Assembly: GCA_040954595.2 (NCBI GenBank)
Contig: CM082592.2
Location: 1 to 64,000 of the forward strand
Length of the DNA: 64,000 nt
Source: Balanoglossus misakiensis
Taxonomy: Eukaryota > Animalia > Hemichordata
Direction of reading: 5' to 3'
The position numbers and the translations under genes are program-made. Positions 46,980 through 60,491 of the stretch are shown here, piece by piece. How positions within the stretch are numbered: the first letter of the stretch is position 1; each line of letters begins with the position of its first letter. The notes under the pieces are model-generated. The model was not told where the DNA came from and searched no databases. It saw only the letters and a program-made list of their open reading frames with translations.

Positions 46980-49900
46980 GCATTGTACATGTGGCACCAG
47001 TGAAGCATTCGGTACACATACAGTCAAACAGGAAACAGCCGTCTCGCGCAACGCATGTGCCACCATTTTGACAAGGCATAGAGTATAACTGATCAATGGC
47101 TGCCAAAACAAAAATGAAAGTATCAATTACCTGCTTGTCAAAAACTTGTACATGTACTTGTGATGTTCATTTCGTTTAAATATGTGAGCAATGTCTTCAT
47201 TCCTTGTTTCAAACCTGTACATTTAAAATAACATAATGATGCTATTGCTAGGATTTTTCTGTAAGAATCTTGAAAAATTAAAAAATGTGCCGTCAACATG
47301 ATACAGAAGGCTTTCCTTTTTAACGTGCACCTCACACTCAATTTTGACCCTACATCAGCAAATTTTGAAAGGATGAAACTTAGTAATGCTTCCACCCCAT
47401 TTATTGGTGTATGGGTCCATCTATCACATTGAGAATACCAAAAATGAGGGTTTATATACCACGCTGTGTCATAAAACAGTAATTCGACACACCTACGGCA
47501 CAGATGGCCCCAGTCCAACACTACTGGCAGTAACAGGTGTAGTCAGTATAAGAATTTGGTGTTTGGGAACAATAGCCTCCATTTTGACACGGATTCTGAT
47601 CACATGGGTTAATGACTATCAGAAAAAAAATAGTTTAAAAAACATGAAATGCAGATGGCTACACCTCAACCAAAGATGATTCCTGCACCACAACAAAATC
47701 CTTTGACACAAGCATTATACTGGAACCATACCCAGAACACGCATTAAGTATATGATGAGTATATAGATGTCTCTATTTTGGGTAATACAGTAAAACCTGT
47801 CTTTATGGACACCTCTCTAATCAGAACACCTAGTAAGATTGATTTTTCAAGCCAAATAGTAAGGATAATTAAGGACGTCTCTTTTACTTAATACTCAGAT
47901 GTGTGCACCACCTTAGGAGAGATTACCTCATATGCACAATTATCTCTACAGACACTAGTCTTCAAGAGGCAACTCTTGTATATTTGAGTGATGAAAACAT
48001 CCAGCTTCGTACACTTCCTCACAAGTTCGTGCCTATCCTAAATTGCACGGACATACAAATGAAATTTCTGTTTTCTTTTCTCTTGTGGAAATTTTAGAAA
48101 TGAGAAGTTACCACACAATTCAATTGCCATGAAGAGAAAGTGCCCAAAAGATTGTCATTTACGGTACGTCAGAAACTTACATATTTCACAACGGTTACCC
48201 TCATAGCAACCAGTACAGGCACAGGTATATGCCGTGCAGGAGTTGGCCACTGCATTACATACAGCCCCGTTGAGACAGCTGTTTCGCTGGCATGGATCTT
48301 GGACTGCAATAAAAAGTGCAACCTAATGTTATCTCAGCAATATTTACTTTCAAAATCTGTTTGATAAAAACATCATCATTACCATTACTGTAAATACTGA
48401 ACGGAACTTCACTTCCAAAAACAACTTGCTCATTCTGGGACGCACTTGTGGGGCTATGAAAATCTCTGTATATGTATCTTGTGTAGGGAAAATTTTCATG
48501 AACGATCAACATTTTTTTCTTCAAATAAACATGTTTTCTTTCAGTTGTACATTATTTTTGAGGTGAACGATTCCCAAGGCCCAAGGTGTGATGCTGAAGA
48601 TGAAAATATAAAGTATGACCAACAGACAATGTATTGAGACATGATTGTAAATGTTAGTTCCTGCATGACAAAATGTTTGTTTTAATGAGTTTTACACTGG
48701 CTGCAGTGTGTGCCGGTGAAACATTCTGGACAAGTACACTCATAAGTTGTACACGACAGCCGAGTACACTGCCCATTGTTCAGGCATGGACTTGGCCTAC
48801 ATGGAGTTTGTTCTGTTTCAATGGAATGAAAATAAATAAATAGTAGTGACATAAGTTTTTAGGGTATGACCATTTCCTTAATTCCTACAGCTGTGGTTCT
48901 ATCGGGTTCTCCTATAACTAAGCCTCCTTAATGTATAACTGAACAATAAGAATTACTTATTATACTTTTGGGAGTTTAGGACTTAGTAATTGCAAAAAAG
49001 ACTCAATTCCTGAAAGTGCCTATTTGGTTTGTCACATCCTAAATATACAGGTAATTTCATAGCTGCCAGCTATGACAAATATACCGGTATGAGGGGGGAA
49101 AAACAGTTCCTCGTCTGATAAATTTACCTTGGTCACAGGTGATTCCAATGATACAGCCTTGACAGCGACAGGTAAACGCACTGCACGATCCACTGATTGG
49201 CTCACAGATACCGTTGTTCATGCACGGATTGGGAGAACATTGATCGAGTCCTGGGGGTTGCATGTAAATCAACCAACAATTGCATATTAACATCACAAGT
49301 CATTTCACTATTTTTTCATTCCAAACTTAAAAGATTGCTTGTAACTTGCTGAACAAATATTCATATGGACAGACTATTCTAGCTTGGAACAGGCAAAATC
49401 AAGGGTGCCCTGACGCCCAACTTTTAAGAGCAGTTCATTTACTGAAACTGCCAGCATCCAATATTATCCCACATGTAATCAATATGTGGAAATCAAATAC
49501 ATCTGTAACAGTTTTAATTTACCATGTGGGTATTTGCATGGAGGGCAATGGTATTTGTTACCTACTGATAAAATACCCTTCAAAACAATATCCTCATTTC
49601 TTCAGAAGTTTGGCAACAAGACCAATAAAGTTTCACATCAAAATTTACAATGTATAAATTAGCTTAAAAGATCTACGGAATGAAGATGGCTTGTTTGTTT
49701 GCAGGGTGTCTTGAAAGTATATACTCACTTGTTTGACCATGGACCCTAGAGAAAGAAGGACGCGCAACTCCAGTTTTTTCTTGAAATGATCTTCTTTTGC
49801 ATACATTATTTCCAGATAAATCCCAATAATCCAATTTGCAAATAAACTGTGTATAAACTAACGCAAAGTCTCGTGTTTTGTGTGAAGTTATCACAACACC

Positions 49901-51777
49901 TCAGAACATCTCGCAGAAGACGAGAAAACTGCAACGTGGTTGAACGCAGCGATTATTTATGGAACACATCTGGACAAGTTAAACAGGAATTTGAATCTGA
50001 GTCTGACAGCGTCCAAAACAAGCATCTTTTGTCTAACAGTCCGGGTATTTCACAAGGCTGTGAGCTAACCGTACCGAGGGTTGCCTGGCGGCCATAGCGC
50101 ACACATGATAATCCACCCAGTTTGTTTACAAATTGTTTTCGTGAAATCTGTTTTATTGTTCACGCACTGCGAAATAAAATGCCCCTAAACCACAATTTTT
50201 ATTTCAATGCTTCACGCAAACATAAAATTATTACGAAAAGTGTCAGCGTTACTAAGAAATATGAGTGCCCAGTCGGACATGCAAAAAACATGGATGATTT
50301 GTTTACAATTTTTAAATGAAGCTTGTGGCACTAGAAATGACCGTTCAACCGACAGACGAACACCAAACCATAATAATTAGCACAGACATCGTAATACTTT
50401 TAGAATTTTAGAAAAAAACGCAGTGGCTGCTGAAATGCAGTAGTGCCAGTTTGGTGGCAAGTTTTCGCATCACTGGTGGGGTCGACACGTGCCGAAGTAA
50501 GGAAGTCATTGTCCGACTGTCCTGGGTGTTAATTATATACAAAAAAACATCATCATACAGATAATCCCCAAACCCTTCGATCTTTGCCGCAGTTGCTAGC
50601 CCTTCTTTCTCTAGGGTCTATGGTTTGACAGATGTCACCTGTGTAAGAGTTCACACACTGGCATGAATAGAAATTGCACGATGTTTGCTGGCAAAATCCA
50701 CCATTCATACATGGGTTGGGATCACAGGGGTTTTGCACTGGAAATTAAGAAAGGACGCCATTTTATTCCTTGCTACTCATTCTACAGTACAGATATGGCA
50801 AAAACCTTGCAGAATTATGGCAAGGGTGTGTGGAGTGATTGTGCCTACAACTTATATTAGGCTGGTATCAAGTTGTTCACACCTCCATAGATCACGTGGC
50901 AGTGACTGTGAGGCAAGGGCTTCCCTTCATGAAATCAAAGACCTGTGTACTGGAGGAGGGTTCCTTGCAAATGCTTGACTTGACTTCAAGCACACCTGTA
51001 GACTCATATGTAAATTTACACTATCTGGCCTGGAGTGAGAATTTCCATAGTGGATGTGTGTTGACAAAAGGCAGTAAAATTGGCCAGTCGCGCATAATGT
51101 TTCTTGAACCAAGACAATCAAGACATTATGCGCCACGAAAGTGATTTTGATTGGAAAGAGTGTAATCTTGCATTCGATGTCAAGAACTCTCCAAGCTCTG
51201 CTGTGGTGATGGCTACACCTATGCTCAGGAAACATGCAGTATTTGAATGAGACTGCGCTGTATACTTACATATCTCACACCTATCACCTTTGTAGCAACC
51301 AGTACATATGCAGGTGAGATCATAGCAGGAATTTCGAGCCGGTTGACAGAAGCCACCATTCTGGCACGGATTTGGTTGACACTGGTTGAGTCCTGCAAGG
51401 AAAAGGGTCAAATTTTCCATGATCATCAGGGGTGAGTTTCCTTCAAAAATTGTGATGTGACAAACCGACAAATTAGCATATTAGCATAATCAGAATAAAT
51501 AAAAAAAATGCACAGGTAGTTTAAAAGAACAAAAACTTTCGAAACGGAATAGAGCTAAGCTGCTATCCCTTTCTATTTTTGTGTTTGTACAACATCAGTG
51601 AAGTTTAAATCATAATAAAAAAATGATAATTATCATTATTAACTGCTACAGATTCAAACTTACTTGTCTCACAACTGGTTCCCTAGTAACACTCTGTGCA
51701 CATGCAAATTGTGGCAGTACAAGAATTTACCTGTTGTTGGCAGGTACCTCCATTGAGACAAGGACTTCATAAGTTGT
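46980..51777 (-). pseudogene. Unit-2 cluster of eight EGF-like exons
   Basis: 46980-47099, 47493-47615, 48181-48303, 48696-48812, 49128-49250, 50623-50737, 51270-51392, 51664-51777; shared stops. Confidence 0.83.
49738..50622. mobile_element. Unit-2 copy of the P-like non-autonomous transposon
   Basis: Same TIRs and gtttgac TSD. Confidence 0.83.
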
Positions 51778-51816
51778 CTGAAAACACCAGTTTGCCCAAT
51801 TTTCACTAATGTATAG

Positions 51817-52505
51817 GAATACATGAGAAGTATAGGAATACATGAGAAGTCGGCCAGATTAGAAGTCGGCCAGTTCGCGCGCATGAGAAGTCGGCCAGTA
51901 TGAGAAGTCGGCCAGTTGTTTAACTTGTACCCGAATAGTGCAGTAATGACCCAGGTTACTTATAACAACACTTAATAAAATATAATTGCACTAAATATTT
52001 TCATTTGGACGGATTTCCCAAATTCTTGACAACACAATGGCGTCATTTCAAATAATGGCGTCTGGCATCCGTACCAGTTCCCCAGCCCCGTATCCGCATA
52101 AGGAGCTTAGGTTGTTCGCCAAATTCCTGTGACATTTCTGATTAAAGGGAGTTGTTTCAAAGCCTACTAAAATACATAGAAGATGTATGTGTATATTCAT
52201 ACTTTCTGAGACAACACCAAACAAACAAACAAACAAACAAACGTGACAAGGAACAGACTACTGGCGCAGCTCAAGAAGTGCAGGTGACTGATGTTGACGT
52301 ACCCCGGTGACGTACATGAAAAGTGAACAGACAGTTTTAAAATTCATCGGCTATTTGTACAAATATCTCAGCTCCTGTACATCAAGGAAACATTTCGTAA
52401 TGAAACAGTTATATATAACACAAAGTACCAGGGTTCTCTCCCACAGGCCGACTTCTCGTACTGGCCGAGACCGACTTCTCATACTGGTTGACTTCTCAGG
52501 ACACC
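51817..52505. mobile_element. Unit-2 copy of the foldback/Mutator-like element
   Basis: Same subterminal repeats; extra 19-bp duplication at the left end. Confidence 0.7.
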
Positions 52506-52616
52506 ATGTATAGCTAGCTGTTGAACTCAAAAAATATGTAAAACTACAAGTGATGTAAACAACTTGTGGAACCATGTTCAAATCGAGACAAGAAGAAAAG
52601 GGATTTCAAGACTTAC

Positions 52617-55321
52617 CTCCTTCAGCACTTTACTGCCCTGTAGCGCACTGTGTGACACTTGTAGTTGTGCATTCATAACCAGAAGGACGTGGCCGAACCT
52701 AGCGAGTATGAACCTATCACAGAAAAAATTCAAAGAACGATTTTTACCACCATGGTTTGGTCCAACGATCCCTTATTAGAGAGATGTCCGTAATCACAGG
52801 TTTTACTGTACAATACCTCTTCAGTGGAATCATTGTGTTTTTCAAAGTGCATCACAATATCAACTCCAATAAGCATAACAGTTTAATTTTCTGTGTATGC
52901 CATGCTATAACACAGGGAAGTCACAAGAGTGATTTGCAGCCCAACTTACCAGTAACTGTTGAACAATCCACTACGGGTGACATGGTTGGACACTTGGATC
53001 CCGCTGGACAAGGCGTGCATGTGCCGTCGCCTTCCATAGCATATTCACCATTGCCACAGTCGAGCGGATCTTACATTGGATCTGAACACGATTGTCCAGC
53101 AGGGCACAGAAGACAGGATGTGCGTGCAGGCTCCTCACTTATTTCATCTGATTAAAGAAAATGAGGTTTTTAGTGATGTATTTGTGATACAGTGTCATTT
53201 AAAATAACAAATTACTTGAGATGATTCACTTCATAATTCTGAGACAAGTATACAGGCATGTAGAAAATTCTTTGGAGGACATTAAACATCATTTCTAATC
53301 AACCATTTTCTGAATATCATAAGACTCTGCGAGATCTCACATGGCTAACCGGGTCTCGCAAGATCTCGCACTGAGTTGATAATCTGTTGTAAACACATAC
53401 ATACATACACACACACACATACCCCCAGTCGCACTGACTTGAAAATCTGTTGTAAACACATACATGCAAACACACATACCCCTCAGTTTCATCACACAGC
53501 AAACTGAACAAGTACCACAATCTTACCATTTGTACATCTGGTACAGTTTGTTGCACCAGCCAATGACACGTAACCCTTGGTACACTTGAATTGCGATGCA
53601 CTGGGATCTATGCAGGCGTACCCTTGCTCACAAATAGTACAATGTTCAGCACCAGCTGATCTGTAAATCAAACAGAGAATTTACACACCAAGTTAACCTT
53701 TGAATACCACTGTAAAAATTTGGTGCAAATTTTAATTATTTTCATAAATAGAGGTCTATTCAAATTTGGAAAAATTGTCATTTTTTCATTCATATATTAT
53801 ATCAGTAAATTTTAAATACAGAAATAGAAAATGATCCCATCCTATTTTTCAGTTAGTAAATTACCTGACCTAATGTTTGATGTTAGAAATAAAGGTGGGT
53901 GGGTAGAAGTTTACCTGTTATGCAAGAGGTACAGCGAGACATCCTTTGTTCAAGGCTGTAACTGTAATAACCAGCCGAGCATAAAATCACAGTGTTACCA
54001 TTTGGACATTGGTTACCAGCTGGGCAATCAGCACATGATGTTTGTGCTGAAAATAAACAGAGATTTATAGAATCTTATAGTCACAGTCATACCTTCAAAG
54101 ACGTGGGATTCTCACGCGGGTTGGGGAGACAAAAATCCCTGGCAAAAGATTGAGGACAGGAAAATGCCAATCCAGAGATATTGGTAACAGAAACTGTGTA
54201 CAGTCAATGCCATACGGCAGTGTGCTGTTCTAACAACAGACAAGATCGTGACGATCATAGTCTGTGTCGGAGATTTGGAAAAGAGCAAATTTGGTGAAAA
54301 GACGGGACAAAACAAAAGTCTACTTATACGATGCACATGAAAACTGGATGAAAGCGAAGCAGTCCACTATTTGAATGCATTGGATGTAAAATTGGCAGAA
54401 TATTTGGACTGGACGTAATGTTTGTACGCACAGAATTACGTACATGCACATAAGATGATCGTCCGCCTTAAAGGCACGTAAGCTGCAACTGGATAAAAAA
54501 ATTAAAGTTTTAAATAATCTCATATATGCTTTTAATTATGTCTATTAAATGATATTTCATGATAATATATCAAGCTCAACACTTATTTATGACACAATGT
54601 TTATTTATGACACATTGTTTCTTGCATTTTCCCACGGTGGCGGCCATAATCGCTTGCGGCAAAGCTTTATTATAGAAAAAACGAAAATTCCTGCAATTTT
54701 AAAAAAAGTGCAATATTGCAATGAAAAATGGAAATCTGATGTCTCAGTGGTGTACATTTACTTCCATGAGCTCAAGTGGATGAGATCATGTTTTGTTTAT
54801 GAAGTTTCACAACCGGAAATCCAACATTTTCATTGTTTCTTGCATTTTCCCACGGTGGCGGCCATAATCGCTTGCGGCAAAGCTTTATTATTTATCTGGT
54901 TAAAACTTGCATATGCACTCATATTTAGGGTTAATAATGCTTGTGTATAGTTCACTGCTTTCATCTGCATGGACTAATGGTAGTGCAGTTTTAAACAAAA
55001 ATTATGAAAATTATCCCAAAAGTTACAGCTTACGTGCCTTTAAGTGAAAGATTACACAGTAATGCCCAAACTTTAAGTGCTGACTCACCATCTATATTAG
55101 TGTAGTATCCATCTTCACACACCTCTGGCTCCGACATACCATCATATTGGCACTTATACCCGGGGCAGGACAAGGCGTACAGTCTATACTTCCATTGTTG
55201 GCAAAATATCCCAGTCCGCATTGTGTTGGTGATGAGAGGCTGGCTGTTCCACACATGAAACCCCTGGACACAGCGTGCATGCTTCAGAACATGCTGAACT
55301 TTAACTTCCAGCTGCGCAGTC
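52617..55321 (-). pseudogene. Unit-2 Cys-rich CPAG-repeat pseudo-exons
   Basis: 55089-55321, 53915-54046, 53527-53660, 52950-53147, 52617-52713. Confidence 0.77.
54472..55039. mobile_element. Unit-2 Kolobok-type MITE (with internal templated insertion)
   Basis: Same TIRs and TTAA flanks as 37471-37976. Confidence 0.85.
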
Positions 55322-55387
55322 CTGTAGGAGTGAAGACGTCAAATATTAAGGAGGTTTAGGAGCCCTCTAGCCAGCAAACTTCATCAA

Positions 55388-55794
55388 GGATGTACGTGCA
55401 GAACATAAACCGGAAACACTGCGTGTCCGGTCTTTTTCCCATAGGATTACATTGATAATCGCCAGAAAACAAACTTCTACTATTGTCATTTTCACGAAAT
55501 TTTACACATAGCTCAGTCCAGCAAATATAAATTCATTGGTCAAATAAAATATAGGGGTCACCGCGCTCTTTTTTGAGATAAATTGCATTAAGAATTTTGG
55601 CCATAGACAAACAAACCATTGGTGAAAAATGCTGAGTCAGCAGATTTCTTCTATTATCGACCAATTTCATGGCTCTGTATTTCAAAAACAAGCGCGGTGA
55701 CCCCTATATTTTATTACGGATTTTCATTATACATACAAAAGAGAATAAAAAAATTTACAATTAAAAAAAATGACAATACTATGAACGTACATCC
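55388..55794. mobile_element. Unit-2 Kolobok-type MITE
   Basis: Same TIRs as 38325-38741. Confidence 0.75.
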
Positions 55795-56277
55795 TTAATG
55801 TTACTTAGGTAGTGGAGCACCAAAACCCAAATTTTCATATCGATTGTGTATTTTGTGATAAAAGCACCAAACTTGGCTCAGATGTGTGTTAATGTGTACT
55901 GAACAAATTCAGATAGCGAGTTACTAAATATCTGTTGAAGAGTTTCCATGGCAACCAATTTTTCTCAATATGGCCGCAAATACAGATAATCACACCTGTT
56001 AAACATCAAAATAAATTCAGATTACAATATTTGAAACAAGAAAATACGGAAAGAATGGTTTGCAATAGAACTATGGTTATTAAACTACAAATGTACTTAT
56101 ACGGGTAACTAAGGGATAAAAATACAGGTGCAACTTTCAATCCCTGGTACTCGCATTAGTATAGGTGCTCCCCCTAGTCAAACATTACGGCTAGTTGCGA
56201 TATTTAACTTGAAGTACGTAAATTACACACACACGAATTGCAACAGTTAGCGAGTCACTAAATATCTATTGAAGAGT

Positions 56278-58287
56278 GACTATGCAGTATTCAAGATCCA
56301 CCCTTTCCACAATACGTGTGAACTTCTACTCTCTACATGGAATGTCCGCTCAGCTAGATGCAAATCATTAGACATTGCAGACTACATCACAGATAAAGAA
56401 ATTGATATTCTTGTACTCACTGAAACATGGTTGAAGGAATCTGGTGACGAACACGTAATGGCTGAATGTACACCACCAGGCTATGCTGTCAAACATCTAC
56501 CTGGGGTTGGCAAGATCGGTGGAGGCTTAGCTTAAATTCATAAGCTAGCACTAAAATTAACAGCTTGGAAGCCTATTCTCTCTGTTAAATCTTTTGAGGC
56601 AGCGGAAGCAACTTTTCTTCACCAGAAACTTTCCATGAAAATAATTCTTGTCTACCGTCCACCACCATCAGTTAATAATAAATTCACCGCACCACAGTTC
56701 ATGGAAGAGTTCAGTACAACACTTGAGAAGTATGTCACCTGCTCAAGTAATCTCTTCATCGTAGGAGATTTCAATATTCACCTAGAAGATGATAAGAATC
56801 CAGTAACACAGAAATTCAATGGAATCATCAGCGCCTGTAATCCCAAACAATGGGTCCAACAACCAACACACAGAAAGGGTCATACTCTTGATCTCATCTT
56901 ATCTAACTCTGCGTCTAACATCAAGAGTGTCTCTGTAGACTGCTTGGAACTCTCTGATCACAATCCTGTCAATGCAAAACTTGCTCTTCCGAAACCAACA
57001 CACAGTAGACGTCAAATATCTTATCGTCATATCTGCCATTTCAATTGATAGTTTCAGCCATGATCTCGACAAAATACATCAAATGTCCTAGCCTCCAAAT
57101 GACCTCTCCTCAGCCATATCAGCTTATAACCAACACGTCAGTCTCCATCTAAAACATGTGTACTTGATCTCATCCCTACAGCACTTGTTAAACAATGTCT
57201 TGGTAATCTGCTCACTATCATAGCCACAATTATCAATTTGTCACTCAAAACTGGAACTGTTCCTGAATTACTTAAAATAGCAGTCATCACACCAATATAC
57301 TCAAGAAACCTTCGCTCGACAAAAACATTTTCAAGAACTATAGACCAGTTTCAAACCTAACCTTCCTGTCAAAAGTAATCGGGAAGATTGTAGCACAACA
57401 ACTGACATCATATTTGACTACCAACTCACTACAAGAACCACTGCAGTCAGCGTACCGAAAGGATCACAGTACCGAAACAGCACTTACTAAAGTCAACAAC
57501 GATATTTGTATGGCACTGGATGCCGGTAAATGTGTACTCATGGTTCTCCTCGATCTCTCCTCTGTGTTTGATACCATAGATCACGACACAATCATCTCAA
57601 GGTTATCAAAACTGGGCATCACCAACATCCCACTACAATGGTTCTCATCATATCTTAAGAACAGACAGCAGTTTGTATGGCACAATGTCAGAACCTCAAT
57701 ATCTACAATATGGAGTACCACACGGTTCAGTGCTTGGCCCACTTTTGTTCTGCAGCTACATCCAACCACTTGCTCAACTTATTTGTCACCACAACATCAA
57801 TTTTCACCAATATGCCGATGACAACCAACTATACCAATATTTATTCCAGTTAGACACCATAAGTACATTAGACAAGATGGAAAGGGCAGTTCACGAAATA
57901 AAAACCTGGATGACACATAATAAACTTCAACTCAATGGTGGCAAACCCGAGGTACTCCTGATAAGGTCTCAGTTCAACCGCTCGCCTCGTCCCATAAACC
58001 ACATGAGCATTGGATCATGTTGTGTTCAAATTGTGAATTCTGCACGGAATATAGGTGTGACATTCGACGACAATTACACTTTCAATAAGCACATTAATGC
58101 AATTTGCAAGTCAATTTTCTTCCATCTGCGTCAAATCAGCCACATTCGCCGTTACCTCACTAAGGAAGTTTGCCAGATGCTGGTTCATGCTCTAATCACA
58201 TCAAAACTGGACTACTGCAATGCAATACTCTGTGGTTTACCATCATCTTGCATTCAACCGCTACAGCATGCCCTGAATTCTGCAGCC
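56278..58287 (+). mobile_element. Unit-2 degenerate L2/CR1-group LINE
   Basis: Same APE and RT motifs. Confidence 0.95.
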
Positions 58288-58622
58288 ACCATGGCCTCCT
58301 TCACAAAAACCTCACCAGACCCCATAATGCCTCCATCTCTTACACCACACCATATACCCACCACAAATCCTAGCCATCACCCAACCTATCATAGCCCAAA
58401 CAATCCAAACCCAATCAAAATTGACCCTAGCCCCACTTATCAAGCCATCAATGCTCAACGGCAACCCAAATAACACTTAACTTAAAGATTGGCATAAATC
58501 CAAACTCATACCACTGCCACCCCAAATATACAACACAAAGACTCAATCACGAACCAATACCTACCATTTGTAGCAAATACACGACCAAAGATTTGATCCC
58601 ATCTATCATCCATATATCATCA
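58286..58622 (+). repeat. Unit-2 satellite B fragment fused to the LINE
   Basis: Copy of 41234-41570. Confidence 0.9.
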
Positions 58623-58805
58623 GAAAGTTGGGACGATGAGCAATGGGGCAGAGACTGATCATCAAAAATTTGAGACAGGGAATTCCAACAAATGAGATCA
58701 TTAAGTTAAATATGCAAAGCAAATCAGAAAAGAGAATCAGAAGATTTTCTCCGAAGGACACCTTGCAAATTCATGATTGGAAAGACACTGCAGTCACATG
58801 TATAT

Positions 58806-59995
58806 TGTAGTGTCCAAACACTAGTGAGCATCTATACTTTATACATTCTGTAAAATGACGTAATGCAACATTCGGGTCATTATGAATAAAGTGCGTGAAT
58901 GAGGCTAGGCACTCTCACTCTTACATGCCGGACTTGGTGTCTCATGTTGTCATTATTGCCCACCCACGATTCTATATTTGGCGACGAGGACGGAGAACAT
59001 GGAGAATCAGCTAGCCGTCAATGCGGAGTTTTCCTGTTCATTCAGACCCGACAACCACCAGTACGAGATGGAAAAAGTACATGGCTAGAGTAGAAAACGC
59101 ATTTGTCGCATTCAACATTACAGATGACAAGCGACAACGTGCACTGCTATTGCACTGGGCAGGTGAGGAAGTTTCCGACTTCTTTGATACTCTACCAGAT
59201 ACAGGAACGAGCTGTGAAACAGCCAAATTAAAGCTTACGTCGTACTTCTCATCCAAACGGAACATTGAATACGAACGATTCTTTTTCAGAGACACCATAC
59301 AAAACAACGGCGAATCGATTGATGCCTATCACACTTGTTTGCAACGCCTAGCAGAAACATATGTGACTTCACCAATAAGGATCAAGAGGTCAAATCACAA
59401 ATCATACGAGGATTCACATCAGCCCGTCTCAGACGTCGTGCTCTTTGGGAGAAGACGACACTAGAGAATCTACTGAGTACAGCCCGTTCATTTGAGGTAT
59501 CAGAGGTTCAGGCTAGTGGGATTGAGGAGAAACCCCATAATAATGGTGCAGACACGGCATCTGTGAATGCGGTCAGAAAACAGCGCCATCAACGCCCGAA
59601 ACCAAATAAACAAAAGAGAGCTCATCAGCAGCCAGCGAAAGGACCGTCCACTTGTTATTATTGTGGTGGCACCTATCCACATGACTCAGTATGTCCAGCT
59701 AAAGGCAAGTCATGCAGGAAGTGTGGCAAACCTAACCATTTTGCCAAATGCTACCGATCAAAAGGCAAGGCAAATAGGGTAGACAAGGATGAAACTGTCA
59801 AAGCTGTGCATAAAGTGGAAGACAGCTCGGGAGATGAATACTGCTTCACTGTACAACAATCAAATGGCAGGAGGCCTCAAGTAACAGTGCAGATAGAACA
59901 AACAGCAGTTGCCTCACTGATCGACCCTGGTCTACAATAAACATGATGAGTGTAAACACATACAACAACCTAAAGAACAAACCCATGTGGCAAAC
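58806..59995 (+). mobile_element. Unit-2 Gypsy-type LTR/PBS/gag fragment
   Basis: LTR 58806-58976, PBS 58979-58990, gag with zinc knuckles. Confidence 0.9.
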
Positions 59996-60491
59996 AGAAA
60001 GCCTGTTTTACCACTGCCAGCAGTGCATTATTGAGTATTTTAGCATCGCTGGATTTAGCTCTCGTCCAATCAGAATTGCGGACGGTAGCATGATATAATA
60101 TAATTGAGAATAAATCTCACGACAAGTGTACAGTTTGACAATGTACACAGATAATCCGTTTCAACAATGTTTCCTTTGTAGTGTGAATAAAACTGCACAC
60201 TTTGCAAGTTTTCAACTTCAAAACACTATGGCTATTACAAAGACAAAGCTGCTAATATACAGTGTATACCTGTCATTTTTGTTTGTGGTGAGATTTTCAT
60301 TGGCACAGTCGCACAGAGCTCACACAAGAGGAAATTACACTTTCTGTTGAATTCACTGCATCCTGCTAACTTTAAGTCATATATCCAGTGAAACATTAAG
60401 TTATAGAATTTTCCATCGCAGTATTCTGTTTTATATACATGTATAGCAGTCCCACACATATTGATTAATTTGACAAAAGAAACTGACTGAC

